From: Malacoraja senta
Taxonomy: Eukaryota
Direction: 5' to 3'
Length of the DNA: 64,000 nt
Assembly (NCBI GenBank): GCA_038087875.1
Contig: CM075997.1
Coordinates: forward strand, 2,978,001 to 3,042,000
Shown here: positions 24,289 to 37,172 of the stretch, in pieces
How positions within the stretch are numbered: the stretch's first letter is position 1
How the letters are laid out: each line of letters starts with the position of its first letter
Notes under the pieces: generated by a model
What the model was told of the DNA's origin: nothing
What the model saw: only the letters and a program-made list of their open reading frames with translations
Database searches by the model: none
Position numbers and translations under genes: made by a program

Positions 24289-26574
24289 GTTAGTCAGAGG
24301 GTGGTAATTCTGTGGAATCCTTTAGTCAGAGGGTGGTAATTCTGTGGAATTCTTTGCCACAGAAGGCTGTAGAGGCCATCAGTAGATAAAAATAGGCAGA
24401 GAGATAGATTCTTGATTAGTACGGATGTCGGAGGTTGTGGGGAGAAGTCAGGAGAATGGGGTCGGGAGGGAGAGATAGATCAGCCATGATTGAATGGTGG
24501 AGTAGGCTTGATGGGCCGAATGGCCTAATTCTACTCCTTGTGAGCATACATAGGATTGTAACACACATGAACACCATTCAACCCACTCCACTGTTTTTTA
24601 AACTCAGAGCTTTCTATTCTCCAACCACCTATAAATATTCTTAAACATATTCTTTAAAAAAGGACCACCTCCTTTAATGGTACAGTACTTTCCAAGCCCT
24701 GCCAAATATCTGAGTACATGAAGTTTCTTCTAAAACTTTCAAACTTGTAATCCATGTTCTGAGCCCCATGATAGAGAAAACTTGTTTAATCTGTCACTCC
24801 TTAAAATCTCGACTTGCAGCAGCAGTTTAAATCAACGTTTTCATCATTGTGAAAAATACAGTGCTGGGGTCGCTCAGCGGGCCAGGCAGCATCCCTGGAA
24901 AACATGGGATAGGTGACACAACAAAGAGGAAGATGACTGAACTTTATTGCCTTTCCTCACAGTGATTCCACTGTGTGGGGATGTTTATGTTAAATTCCAT
25001 CGTGTGTTGGGTTCTTTTTTTTTAATTTGTATGGTAACTCAAATTTCATTGCACCATTTGGTGCATGTGACAATAAATGTGAACTTGAACTTGAACTTTG
25101 GGTTGGGACCCTCCAGGCAGATTGTGGTGGGAGGGGGGAAGAAACCTGGAAGTGAGGAGGGAAGGACAAAGCTAGGGGGGCTGTTGATAGGTCTCTCAAA
25201 TGTCACAAATCCATCTTTTTCCAGAGATGTTGCTTGACCTGCTGAATTACTCCAGCACTTTTTGTTTAACCAGCATCTTTGGCTTCATTTTTCTTCCTTC
25301 ATTGTATTCAGTACAGCATCCTACCCACAGTATAGAGCCCAAAATTGCATTAATGGTCTTCTTTATCTGACTGTGAAGTCACAATAGTTTGCTTCCTTGC
25401 CTGCTTGATGTGTTTGTAATGCCTTGAGCTGAAATTTCCCAAACCTTTTTTGGTACACTTCTCAACATGTACATGTCACTAACACCTGCATTTATTATTG
25501 CTGACGTTGATTGTTAACTGCCATTTTGAACCTCCACACTTGGTCTTGAGGTATTTTCTCATTGCCCTTGTGTACAAAGGAACTGCAGATGCTGGTATAG
25601 ATGGACGACAGACACAAAGTGGTGGAGTAACTCAGCAGGTCAAGCGCCGCATCTCTGGAGAAAAAGGATGGTTGACGTTTCGAGTCCAGAACCAGGGGCC
25701 ACAGTCTTAGAATAAAGGGGAAGCCATTTAAGACTGAGGTGAGAAGAAACTTTTTCACCCAGAGAGTTGTGAATTTGTGGAATTCCCTGCCACAGAGGGC
25801 AGTGGAGGCCAAATCACTGGATGGATTTAAGAGAGAGTTAGATAGAGCTCTAGGGGCTAGTGGAATCAAGGGATATGGGGAGAAGGCAGGCACGGGTTAT
25901 TGATTGGGGACGATCAGCCATGATCACAATGCATGGCGGTGCTGGCTCGAAGGGCCGAATGGCCTCCTCCTGCACCTATTTTCTATGTTTCTATGAGTCG
26001 GGACCCAAGGTTCCTGACTCAAAATGTCACCCATCCTTTTCGTGCAGAGATGCTGCCTGACCCGGTGAGTTACTCCAGCACTTTGTGTCTATCTTGCCTT
26101 TCTCATGCCTTCTGTTTTATTGTGCACATCATCACTTGATTTCCAAAGATATTTTATATCCATGAAGATTGAACATGATTTGTGCTTTAGTTGTTTATTT
26201 CAGTCATCAGTGTTCATTTGCATTTGGTGCTCGGATCGATTTTCTACATGCCTTAATTGTAATCCATCTTGGATCCAAATCATTTCTCAAAATGGTATCT
26301 TTTGTGTGGGGGAAGAATGTAACTGCTACAAGGAGATACCTTCACTTCCTGTCATCTACATTCATTGTCTTCACCATGATATTGTGTGGTCACTTGCTGA
26401 AAAGTTTTTTAAAAGTCTGGCGATTACATTCCCATAATAATCATACGCATCACCAGCTCAAACAATTGAATTTTACTTTATTAATTTTTGTTTTTACCTA
26501 CACTGGTTTTAAACTATTTGGCTTTAAGAAATCCAAAATGTGCACCTCTGTGAACTTTTACATATCTGTACTAA

Positions 26575-26948
26575 AGGGCCTGTCCCACTTGTGCGTCATT
26601 TGCGCTATATTTAAGAGGGAGTTAGATGTGGCCCTTGTGGCTTAAGGGATCAGAGGGTATGGAGAGAAGGCAGGTACGGGATACTGAGTTGGATGATCAG
26701 CCATGATCATATTGAATGGCGGTGCAGGCTCGAAGGGCCGAATGGCCTACTCCTGCACCTAATTTTTATGTTTCTATGTTTCTATTTACGCGTCACGATG
26801 CACGTGATGTGTGCATGGTGAGCATTACGCTCGCATGGTGCGTGGTGACGTAGGCAGTGACGCGCGGCACCCGAGGATTTTGGGTTGTACAAAATCTTCG
26901 CTCGCCATCGGTGTGACGCGCAAATGACACCCAGATGGGACAGGCCCT
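26575..26948. mobile_element. Harbinger-type MITE, third subfamily, with a CR1 3' end inserted (~26606-26783)
   Basis: AGGGCCTGTCCCA...TGGGACAGGCCCT termini; flanks TAA / TTA. Confidence 0.8.
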
Positions 26949-28391
26949 TTACTTGCCTGGTTAACTCCGCCTTCCCATTTGAAGCCATTCTGGTGGGATA
27001 ACTAGGAGTTCTGAAATTAAGCTAACATTTGTGAAAATGCCTCTTGAGTAAGTGGTCTGAAACCTCTCAACGTACAAGTGGAGATAGCGGTTTACACTGG
27101 GTCAATAGCTAACTTTAAATCTAAGCTCAATAGACTTTAATGGATTGTGTTTAAGAAGGAACTGCAGATGCTGGAAAATCGAAGGTACACAAAAATGCTG
27201 GAGAAACGCAGCGGGTGCAGCAGCATCTATGGAGCGAAGGAAATAGGCAACGTTTCGGGCCGAAACCCTTCTTCAGACTTCAGATTTTAATGGATATTTG
27301 GGCAAATCATTTTGAGTTTGCCATTGAACTGCCATGGTCCTGATGACCTTGGATCCAGCCTATAGTCTGGTCTCGGGGAAGTCACCTTGGCAACTCAAGT
27401 CCTCCATCTCGTTCAGTTTTGGTAGGATTCTGAAGTGTAGTTTCTCAAACAGTTTTCCCCCCCTCTGTTTTTCTGCAAGATCCTTGAATGAAAATTCGAG
27501 TGCTGCGTCAGATTCCTTCAGCGTAACCACTTAGTTTGTTATGATTTTGCACGGTTGAAAAATCAGACCTCGATTATTCTGGCCCTTTAGCAGCTCACCA
27601 CTTCCTCAACAGTCCATCATTTTGTGTTGAGCTGTCAGCAACTGCTCCATTGACTATCTGCCTGGTGACTATGTTCATGGAGGATGGAAAAGTGAGCTGG
27701 AGCTTCACACTTCCTGTCTGGGCTCCTGGTGTGAGTGTTGCAACATTATGACTAACATCCATGTGTTGTCTCTTCTAAAGTTAAGTTCAGTTGTTGCTCC
27801 GTTCTGATACACACAGCAGGCAGGCTTCACCCTCAGTCAGTGGAGACGCTATTTGGTGTAACCCATTCTCCATTGCTTCCCAAATCGCTCCTGCTTCTCT
27901 TAAACCAAAATACCACTAATTGCATGGGATGGTTGCCTGCCTTGTGATATTACACTTGAATGGGAGTGGGAGTAGGCCACTTGACTCCTCAAGCCTGCCC
28001 TACCATTCAATGTGGTTATAGCCCATCCGCCTCTTCTGTGCCGGTTCCCCGCAGCTCTCAATTCTTCAAAAAATGTATGCCTCTCTGAAAACCACCAAAA
28101 TACAGTAGAGAATTCCAGAGATTTGGCATTCTTTGCAAGAAATGGTAGCTTACAGATAGATATAGGACCACTGGTTCATGCTCTGTCCTTCCCCCACCTG
28201 TATAGGAAGGAACTGCAGATGCTGGTTTACACTGAAGACAGACACATTGCTGGAATAGCTCAGTGGATGCTTTTCTCAGCATCTCTGGAGAAAAGGAATA
28301 GGTGATGTTTTAGTCGAGTCTGAAGAAGGGTCATCTATTTATTTTCTCCAGAAATGATGCCTGACCTGAGTTATTCCAGCATTTTGTAGCT

Positions 28392-28527
28392 TCTTCTTGC
28401 GTGTGGCATGCACAGCCCAAAGTTGTAGGACAACTTGTTCTATTTGATCTTATTTGATTGTGCACGCCGGGTTGATTGCATTCGTCGAAACAGGGCGGAC
28501 CACGTGAAGGTTGCAATCTTCCACCCC
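28392..28527 (-). mobile_element. Ribozyme-headed short retroposon, family A copy 1
   Basis: Flanked by direct repeat ATTTTGTAGCT (28381-28391 / 28528-28538); (GAA)n 3' tail; second copy at ~20649-20984. Confidence 0.85.
28474..28527 (-). ncRNA. HDV/CPEB3-like ribozyme, family A copy 1 (54 nt)
   Basis: GGGGUGG-AA-GAUUGCA-ACC-UUCACGU-GGU-CCGCCCU-G-UUUCGA-CGAA-UGCAAUC. P1 7 bp with G1.U wobble, P2 7 bp, P3 3 bp, 7-nt L3, minimal UUCG P4, CGAA J4/2. Confidence 0.85.
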
Positions 28528-29578
28528 ATTTTGTAGCTGTATTCAATTAACCTGACGGCTTCTACAGGCCCGGACTGCTGACTTGTGACAAGTCCTCATC
28601 GTTAGGTGGACACAAAATGCTGGAGTAACTCGGCGGGTCAGGCAGCATTTCTGGAGAGAAGGAATGGGTGATGTTTCGGGTCGAGACACTTCTCCAGAGG
28701 TGCTGCCTGACACGCTGAGTTACTCCAGCATTTTGTGTCTACCTTCGATTTAAACCAGCATCTACAGTTCTTTTCCATACTAAGTCCTCGTTGTTTCTGA
28801 TTATCCAGCCTCCCCTGTTATGGTATCTATTTTAATGGACCCAATGTGGTAAGGGTTTTGCATTTCCACCTATGTCTGGATAAGGATGTTTCTCCTGCAT
28901 TCTCCTGTGGGTTATTGGATCCTACCCCTACATTTATAGTCTTTAATTTTGGTCATTGCCATAAGTGGAAGCATATTTTGGGTTCTGTAGCAATCTCTCC
29001 CAGTGCAAATAACTACAGCCCAATGGAAAATTTGAGATGGATATTCGGGAACCCTGTGGATTACATGAAGACAGAACAGTACAGCACAGGAACAGATTTT
29101 TTGGCCCACGATGTCCATGCCGAACATGATGCCAAGACAAACTCATTTCTGCCTGCACGTGATCCATATCCTTCTATTCCCTGCATATCCATGTGCCCAT
29201 CCTGAAGCCTCTTAAATGCCACTATTGTACCAGCCACCACCACTTGTGGCAGTCCAGAAGCTAATGAATGTAGCTGTCTGAGATTGTTCCAATGTTAGGG
29301 CAGACTTGCATACTTTTCACAAGGTGTCAGGCAGGCATGGCTTGCTGGATTCCTGGTCCAACTCCAGAGTGAAGGGCAACGCGGTGGAGCTGCTGTCTCG
29401 CAGAGCCAGGGACTTGAGTTCGATGCTGACCTTGGGTGCTGTCCATGTGGAGTTTGCACGTTTTCTGTGTGACTGCAAGGGTTTGCTCACGCATCCCAAA
29501 GACATGCGGGCCTGTAGGTTAATTGGCCTCTGTGAATTGTTCCTAGTGTGTAAGGAGTGGATGAGTAAGGAATACAGT

Positions 29579-29937
29579 CACGGTGGCGCAGCGGTAGAGT
29601 TGCTGCCTAACAGCAAAATGCAGCACCAGAGACCCGGGTTCGATCCCGACTACGGGTGCTGTCTGTATGGAGTTTGTACGTTCTCCCACGTGATCTGCGT
29701 GGGTTTTCTCCGAGATCTTCGGTTTCCTCCCACACTCCAAAGACGTACAGGTTTGTAGGTTAATTGGCTTGATAAAAATGTAAAATTGTCCAAGTTGGCG
29801 ATATGCAGAGTACTGCCCTGCCGACTACAAACTTCAGAAGGTTCAGAAGGAATAATATAGAACTAGTGTAAACGGATGATCAATGATTGTGGCATGGACT
29901 CGGTGGGCTGAAGGGACTGTTTCCATGCTGTATGTCT
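29579..29937 (+). mobile_element. V-SINE (HE1-like)
   Basis: Same A/B boxes and central domain; preceded by an older copy at ~29375-29565. Confidence 0.82.
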
Positions 29938-30451
29938 TTTAAAAAAACATCTGAGGTGCTGTTTCCCATGTCTGCAAAATTAACGCCTACCAGCTGCTTC
30001 TGGGGTGGTACACTTTTGAATAATAGCAGTTGTCTTTTTTTGCTGCATCTAACGCAAAATTTATCACCAACATTTATTGACATTACCAAGGAAACAGATT
30101 TATTCATTCTTGTGCTGTTTGGGGAACTTTACTGTGGTTTATGTTATTTCCAATAAAGCCACAGTGATTGTTTCTAAGCAGTTAAGAGAGGATGCTATGC
30201 CTTGGGACACCCTTGGAGCCTGGTGCGTTTTTGTAGAAGTGCATGTTTTTTGGTAGCCATTGTGGCCTTGTCCACTTGCTTTAAAACTAACAGTTTCAAT
30301 TTTGAAACATTTATGGAGGTAGACTGGGAAAGTGTATGTTTTGATCGTCTGAGTGTTAATTTAAGTGCTGATGTGCAAGGGAAGAGGAAGGCAGAATTGT
30401 TTTAATGTGATTGTATCCAATGCCAATCATTATTGGAAGGTGGATCTAAGG

Positions 30452-30723
30452 CAGGGGTGGGGAACCTTTTCATGTTGGATGTCCGCATTAAGTTAGCTGT
30501 AATCTAATAAGGCCGCATCCAAGAAACTTCTATTAGATATAGGATTATTTTGTTGAATCTTCTTTTACTCTTTGGTATTTTAAATACGTTCATTTTAAGA
30601 TTAAAATTAAAATAATAAAAGACGAACAAAAACATATTAATAAAAATAAAGGGATTTGTTCTGCAAAATTCATTCAAAAGGCCGCACTTAATGGCCTAGA
30701 AGGCCGCAGGTTCCCCACCCCTG
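30452..30723. mobile_element. hAT (Charlie-like) MITE
   Basis: 16-bp TIR CAGGGGTGGGGAACCT; exact 8-bp TSD ATCTAAGG. Confidence 0.92.
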
Positions 30724-33700
30724 ATCTAAGGGAAGGTTGTTGATCTATGCCCCAAAACCCCCCCACAGGTCAGGACTTCTCTCTGCATTGTGGACTGACA
30801 TGAAGGAACAACAATCAAAATCAACAACTAGAGTGGTCCTGAGCTACCAGCGACCTCATTGGAGACCCTCTCACTTTAATTGGACTTTACTCGACTTCAA
30901 CTTGCACTATACGCTATGTCCTTTATCCTGCATCTGTACATTGTGGATGGCTCGATTATAATCATGTATAGTCTTATGCTGACTAGATAGCACTCCACAA
31001 AAACCTTTTCACTGTACCTCAGTACACGTGACAATTAACTAACTAAATGTCATTAGAATTGAATTTTTAACTTAAAAATGTTACCTGGTGGCAAATGTGA
31101 TTAAATGGAAATTAATCCTTTTATTCTGAGGCTGTGGCCTCTGATCCTAGATTCTCCAACGTGGAAACATCCTCTCCACATCCACTCAATCCAAGCCTTT
31201 CACTTGACTTCCAATGATGCTTTTAGATTATTTTCTACATCTATTTTCTATGATCTCAAGCCTCTTCCTGGTCCTCTGCTTTTCATCAATATTTTCAAAA
31301 CATTTCATATTTATGATTATTTGGTCAGATTTTCACAGGATGAGTGTTGGGAAGTTATATTGTTTTCATTGTTCAGAAATAGGAAGCGTATAGTCTCTAG
31401 TTAATGGGTTGGATATTTCGGATTTGGGATTTTTTTTATTGAGCATTGTGAATCACTGAATTTACGCAAGCTTTGCAGAGATCCTAAGTTGCTTGTTCAA
31501 TTTTCATTCAGACATTTTCTTAAATAGCAGAATATGTACAACTTTTCAATCTTTCGGATTGGTTTTCAAATTGAGAACATTAGAGGTGCTCAGATTTTCC
31601 AATATTATTAGCTGCTTTCATTGAAATCTTTTTCTGGCCCAGAGGATTTCTGTCTGAGTACCATTGATTTTCCTTTTAGTAGCGGAGTTCCTGTCCCTAA
31701 TCCATTGCTAGATTTCAGGATGTCTGAAATACTTTCTTCTGACAACAATTGAGTATTTAAATATCCCTCGCTTTCCAATAGTAATAATATTGCAAAATTG
31801 CCCTGACCATTCTTGTATAAATGTTATTCCTTGTACCTTTCCTACCGTCTCGACCCGAAACGTCGCCTACTCATTTTCTCCATAGATGATGCCTCACCCA
31901 CTGAGTTTCTCCAGCATTTTTTGTCTACTTTTGATTTTTCAAGCATCTGCAGTTCCTTCTTAAACCTTTCCTACTGCCTTTGTTCCCATCTCCTTTATGT
32001 ATCTCTTCCAGTCACAAGGATGTCTGCCAATTATGCATTTTTTATTTATTTCCCTCGCCTCTCATGTAGTTTTCCTATTTTATAGTGCATTCAGAAAGGT
32101 ATCACCAGCCCATTGTCTCACTAAATCCATTTAACACCTTCTGTTGATTTTGTCATCATTCACTACAGGATGATGGTACTGTAGGTGGTACTGCCATTGG
32201 ATCTAGACAAATTTAAAATCGGAGCTGAAATGGGATTCTCCCTTTAAAAGTTAAGCTACATTATCACTTTTGGATAAATGTTCATACATTTATCTCAGTA
32301 GTTACTCATTAATAAATGATTCATATTACTACAAAAATCTATCATATGAATATGAAGAAATATGATCGGCCATGATTCTGAATCGTAGCAATGGACCTTG
32401 CTTGCTTACTGCAGCTCTGATCTAACATTTGGGAAATTTTGAGTTCATAATTAGGCATGACTGTATGTAAAATCATACCTATCAGACTCTGAGTATCCTA
32501 CTTTCTCTAAAAAAAAACATGTAAATCTCCTGTGTAACTGAACACTCCCTGCAAATATTTGCACCCACTTTGACTTGCCTCCTGAATGGTTCCTAGAAGC
32601 AGTCTATATTCCATCTGAGACCTAACCAGTGATTTGTGGCTACAAAAAAACACACCAAATGCTGGAGTAGCTTAGCGGGTCAGGCAGCATCTCTGGAGAA
32701 CATGGATCGGTGACGTTTTTGAATCGGGACCTGAAACATCACCTATCCATGTTCTCCGGAGATGCTGCCTGACCCTGCTGAGTTACTCCAGCAGTTTGGG
32801 TCCTTTTTTGTAAACCCACATCTGCAGTTCCCTGTTTCTATATAGCAGTTTGTGGTGGTTTATCTTTTTATTCTTTGTCTCCTTTTTAAAAACAAATCTG
32901 CTCATGTTTACCTTCTGTGCCACATAATGAAGCCACACCTTGAATTCCCTGAAGCCCCCTCAGCAAGCAATTCCAGAAAAAAAATACAACCCCCTCTGTT
33001 TGAGAACAAAGTCTACCATTGCAGTTGCTGTTTAAACACAAATATTGTTGAAAGAACCTTGGGGGAGAGCTGACTAAGGAGGAGTTAGCCGGCCTGAAAT
33101 TACAGTAAATATATAGTTCGGCGGTTTCCTCTTTGATTTGTTTTTTTTCCCCCCTGGTGTTTTCCAACCCTCTGCTATACCAGTCTGCTCAAACCCGTCT
33201 CATCAACCCTCTGGGGCTGCAGTCTGAGTGGGTGTTTGCCAGTCCGACGGAAAGTATTGTTTTCATCTGGATAGGAGGTTGTAACCTGACCCGCTCAACA
33301 GCAGGAGCAGCCAGCCGACAATGGACGTTGGAATCGTAGCCGTCGAGCTTGGGGGCCCCTGATGTTCAATGCTTTTGCTGTTTGGAGCCATTTTCCATTA
33401 ACAGGTGCACTGACTTCCACTTCACTCCAAAGATTTTTGCAGGCACTGTTTGCAGTTTTAAAGTTGCTTCTCCTCTAAGCCCTGGTGACATTTTTCAGTT
33501 CTGCTGGCACTTGAGGATTTAAATCTGGGTTTAGAGTACATTTTAATAATATTTTGCAGTGGATCTTTGTATAATCTCAGTATGTACCTGTTACATTTTG
33601 GGCAATGTAGCAACCAATATGTACTAACGGAGACTGTGACAGTTGACCCGGTATGAAGGATAAATAATGCAGAATCCTGGCTTCTCTGACGATTTCCTTG

Positions 33701-33909
33701 ATTCCAGATAATGCCGGCAATCGTTTGGGATTATCCTAAATAGTCTGCCAACTCCATATTGAGTGGCAATGCAAATCTTTGGGCCTGGATTAGAGGTAGG
33801 AATGTACTTCTAATCTTCTGACTGAGTGCTACCACATAGGTGATCTGTTTAAGGTGCGTGAGAAATCTGGAGTGGTAGTCAGTTAGATTGGGTATCTACA
33901 AATGTTTTA

Positions 33910-34471
33910 AAACTCACACCTGGAGTATTGTGTGCAGTTTTGGTCCCCTAATTTGAGGAAGGACATTCTTGCTATTGAGAGAGTGCAGAGTAGGTTTACA
34001 AGGTTAATTCCCGGGATGGTGGGACTGTCATATGCTGAGAGAATGGAGCGGCTGGGCTTGTACACTTGGGAGTTTAGAAGGATGGGAGGGGATCTTATTG
34101 AAACATATAAGATTGTTAACGGTTTGGGCACGCTAGAGGCAGGAAACATGTTCCCGATGTTGGGGTAGTCCAGAACCAGGGGCCACAGTTTAAGAATAAG
34201 GGGTAAGCCATTTAGAACGGAGACGAGGAAACACTTTTTCTCACAGTTGTGAGTCTGTTAAATTCTCTGCCTCAGAGGGCGGTGGAGGCCGGTTCTCTGG
34301 ATACTTTCCAGAGAGAGCTAGATAGGGCTCTTAAAGATAGCGGAGTCAGGGGATATGGGGAGAAGGCAGGAACGGGGTACTGATTGGGGATGATTAGCCA
34401 TGATCACATTGAATGGCGGTGCTGGCTCGAAGGGCCGAATGGCCTACTCCTGCACCTATTGTCTATTGTCT
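33910..34471 (+). mobile_element. CR1 LINE 3' fragment
   Basis: YCVQFWSP..RKDI..IERVQ.RFT, CR1 3' UTR and (CTATTGT)n tail. Confidence 0.9.
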
Positions 34472-35751
34472 AAAACTCCTGGGTTGCTGTAACTGTGTTG
34501 ATAATGCACTGCTATCGTGTACCTTTGCTATACCATGTAAATGAAGGAAGTCTGAACTGAATGGAATTGCATGCAAGCAGTTCCATCTAATTATTTTGAT
34601 AATGGTGTCCAGTGTTCATTTGTGATATAGTAAAATATTGTGGTTTTGGAAGCAGTGATTTTTGTTGGTTTATAAATCCATGCACAAGGTGTAAATTGGC
34701 TATCTGATCGGAGTATGACAGGAACTAACTTTGTTAGGGTCAGACAAATGCTGGAGTAACTCAGCGGGTGAGGCAGCAACTAGAGAGAAGGAATTGGCGA
34801 TGTTTCGGCTCGAGACCTGAGAATTAGCTGCTAGAGGAGGCTGTCAAAGCAAGTGCAATTAGTCCAATTAAAAGATAGGTGGATGGTACAAAGGTATAAG
34901 ATTTAGTGGGATATGGAGCCAAAAGCAGGAATATTATACTAGCTCAGACATCTTGGTCGGCTTAGACCAGTTGGGCCAACGAGCCTGTTTCTTATCCTAT
35001 ATAACTCTGGTTCTTGAACAAGATCAGGACAAATTTGTGCAGTGTCACCTGTTTGTTTTCCTCTTCTGCAAGTCCTTCAGAGTTGGGTATGCAGGGAGGT
35101 GGGGGTGGTTAACCCTCATTCCTCCTGTGGGTGGAGAAGGCGATTGGGTTGGCTGTGGCTGACTTTAAACCTTGTACCTGAGCTGACCTGCAAGATGACG
35201 TGCGTGCAAGGGCTCTCGCGGCACCTCTGATCGAGGTGTACAATTACCGCAAGTATCCTCATCTGGACAAATGGGAAATTTTGGGGCAGAAATTAAACAG
35301 GAAGTAAGGTTTAGTAAAACTGAAGTGTGTACGATCTGAAGAATGTTTTAAAATTAACCCGTTAATATATACTGTTTGGGGAATGAAACCCGTTCGGGCA
35401 CTTTAACCCCCATCGTCTCTGAGCTTGGTGAGGTGTAACCAGTGGAATGCTGTTATTGTAGCAATGTTACAAAATTTTGAGATTTAAAAAATAAAGTCTG
35501 CAATTTATCCCATCAGATAAAGCATAAAAAGAAGTTTAATTTGACACTTAATTCACTTTCATATCTTCAGTATTAAAAAAGTTATGGCCATTATCATACT
35601 CAGAAATTAGCATCTAGTTCCCTATTGCTTTTCCATTGACTTAACACAAAAGCTGTGATCGAGGACAGTTAAAAGCCCATAACTTTCTTAAAAATTATGG
35701 TAACTGAAAGAAATTTTCAGGTATTATAGATTGAAGCATTCTGAAACAAAT

Positions 35752-35951
35752 NNNNNNNNNNNNNNNNNNNNNNNNNNNNNNNNNNNNNNNNNNNNNNNNN
35801 NNNNNNNNNNNNNNNNNNNNNNNNNNNNNNNNNNNNNNNNNNNNNNNNNNNNNNNNNNNNNNNNNNNNNNNNNNNNNNNNNNNNNNNNNNNNNNNNNNNN
35901 NNNNNNNNNNNNNNNNNNNNNNNNNNNNNNNNNNNNNNNNNNNNNNNNNNN
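35752..35951. other. Assembly gap (200 N)
   Basis: Fixed-length N run; true size unknown. Confidence 1.
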
Positions 35952-36162
35952 GGGCAGGCAGCATCTCTGGAGAACATGGAGAGGCGGGGTTTTTTCAGAC
36001 TGAGAGGCGATGATCTGTGAAACAAAAGGAACCGGGGGAGAAGGAATCTAGAGTTATGGTTTGTTTAAGAAGGAACTGCAGATGCTGGAAAATCGAAGTT
36101 AGACAAAAATGCTGGAGAAACTCAGCGGGTGAGGAGGCATCTACGGAGCGAAGGAAATAGGC

Positions 36163-36190
36163 GACGTTTCGGGTCGAGACCCTTCTTCAG
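36163..36190 (-). ncRNA. Minimal hammerhead-ribozyme-like motif in a Penelope terminus (representative of dozens of copies)
   Basis: CUGAAGA-A-GGGU-CUCG-ACCC-GAAA-CG-UC: hammerhead core boxes, stem II, palindromic ACGU in place of stem III, GUC triplet. Stem I is weak. Confidence 0.6.
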
Positions 36191-36204
36191 TCTGAAGTCG
36201 CCTA

Positions 36205-37172
36205 CAGTTATGGTTTAGTTTATTGTACCGAGGTACAGTGAAAAGCTTTTGTTGCATGCAGTAAGACAATACATGATAACAATTGAGCCGTCCACAGTGT
36301 ACAAATACATGATAAAGGGAATAACGTTTAGTGTGAGATAAAGTCCAGTAAAGTTCGATCAAAGATAGTCCGGGGGTCTCCAATGAGATTGATAGTAGTT
36401 CAGGACCGCTCTATAGTTATTGGTAGGATGGTTGAGTTGCTTGGTAACAGGTGGGAAGAAACGGTCCCTGAATCTGAATGCAATTGTTTTCACACTTCTA
36501 TACCTTTTTCCCCGATGGGAGAAGAGGGAGCGGCCGGGGTGCGACTGGTCCTTGATTATGCTGCTGGCCTTGCCGAGACAGCGTGAGATGTAAATGGAGT
36601 CAATGGAAGGGAGGTTGTTTTGTGTGATGATCTATGCTGCCTCCATAATTCTCTGCAATTTCTTGCGGTCTTGGATGGCGCTGTTCCCAAACCATGGTGT
36701 GATGAATTCCGATAAAATGCTTTCTACGGCACATCCGGAGAAGTTGGTGAGAATTGTTGCGGACAAGCCAAACTTCCTAAAGCCCCTGTCCCACTGTACG
36801 AGGTAATTCACGAGTTCTCCCGAGTTTTCCCCTGATTCGAACTTGAAGAATGTCCGTAGGAGTTCGTGGATGTCTCGTAGCGGCTCGTAATGGTCAACTA
36901 CGAGTAAAAAGTAACAATTTTTGTTTTACTCTGCCCACGAGCAAATCTCCACGAGTATTTTTTTAACTCGTGGACATTTTTTACAGGGATGAAAAAACGT
37001 CACGAGTTCCCGAGTACCTACCGTTAGCATTACGAGCCATCCACAAACTCCTACGGACCCACTACGGACATTCTCCGAGTTCGAATCAGGGGAAAACTCG
37101 GGAGAACTCGTGAAGTACCTCGTACAGTGGGACAGGGGCTTAAGCCTTCTAAGGAAGTAGTGGCGTTGGTGG
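36205..37172 (-). mobile_element. Degraded Rex1-like LINE fragment interrupted by a MITE
   Basis: Minus-strand YFLRRL / KAS.IIKD segments and Rex1-type tail; related pieces at ~17770-18730, 30820-31045, 37680-37930 and 39070-39280. Boundaries approximate. Confidence 0.65.
36781..37140. mobile_element. Harbinger-type MITE, GTACGAG subfamily
   Basis: TIR AGCCCCTGTCCCACTGTACGAGGTA, exact TAA TSD, interrupts a LINE. Confidence 0.88.

Noticed and set aside
29579..29655. tRNA-like A/B boxes
   Set aside because: SINE heads, not tRNA genes; they continue into the V-domain and LINE-like tail.
35376..35751. AT-rich segment before the gap that looks like a DNA-transposon end
   Set aside because: Single, gap-truncated copy with no second terminus or TSD, so it cannot be classified.
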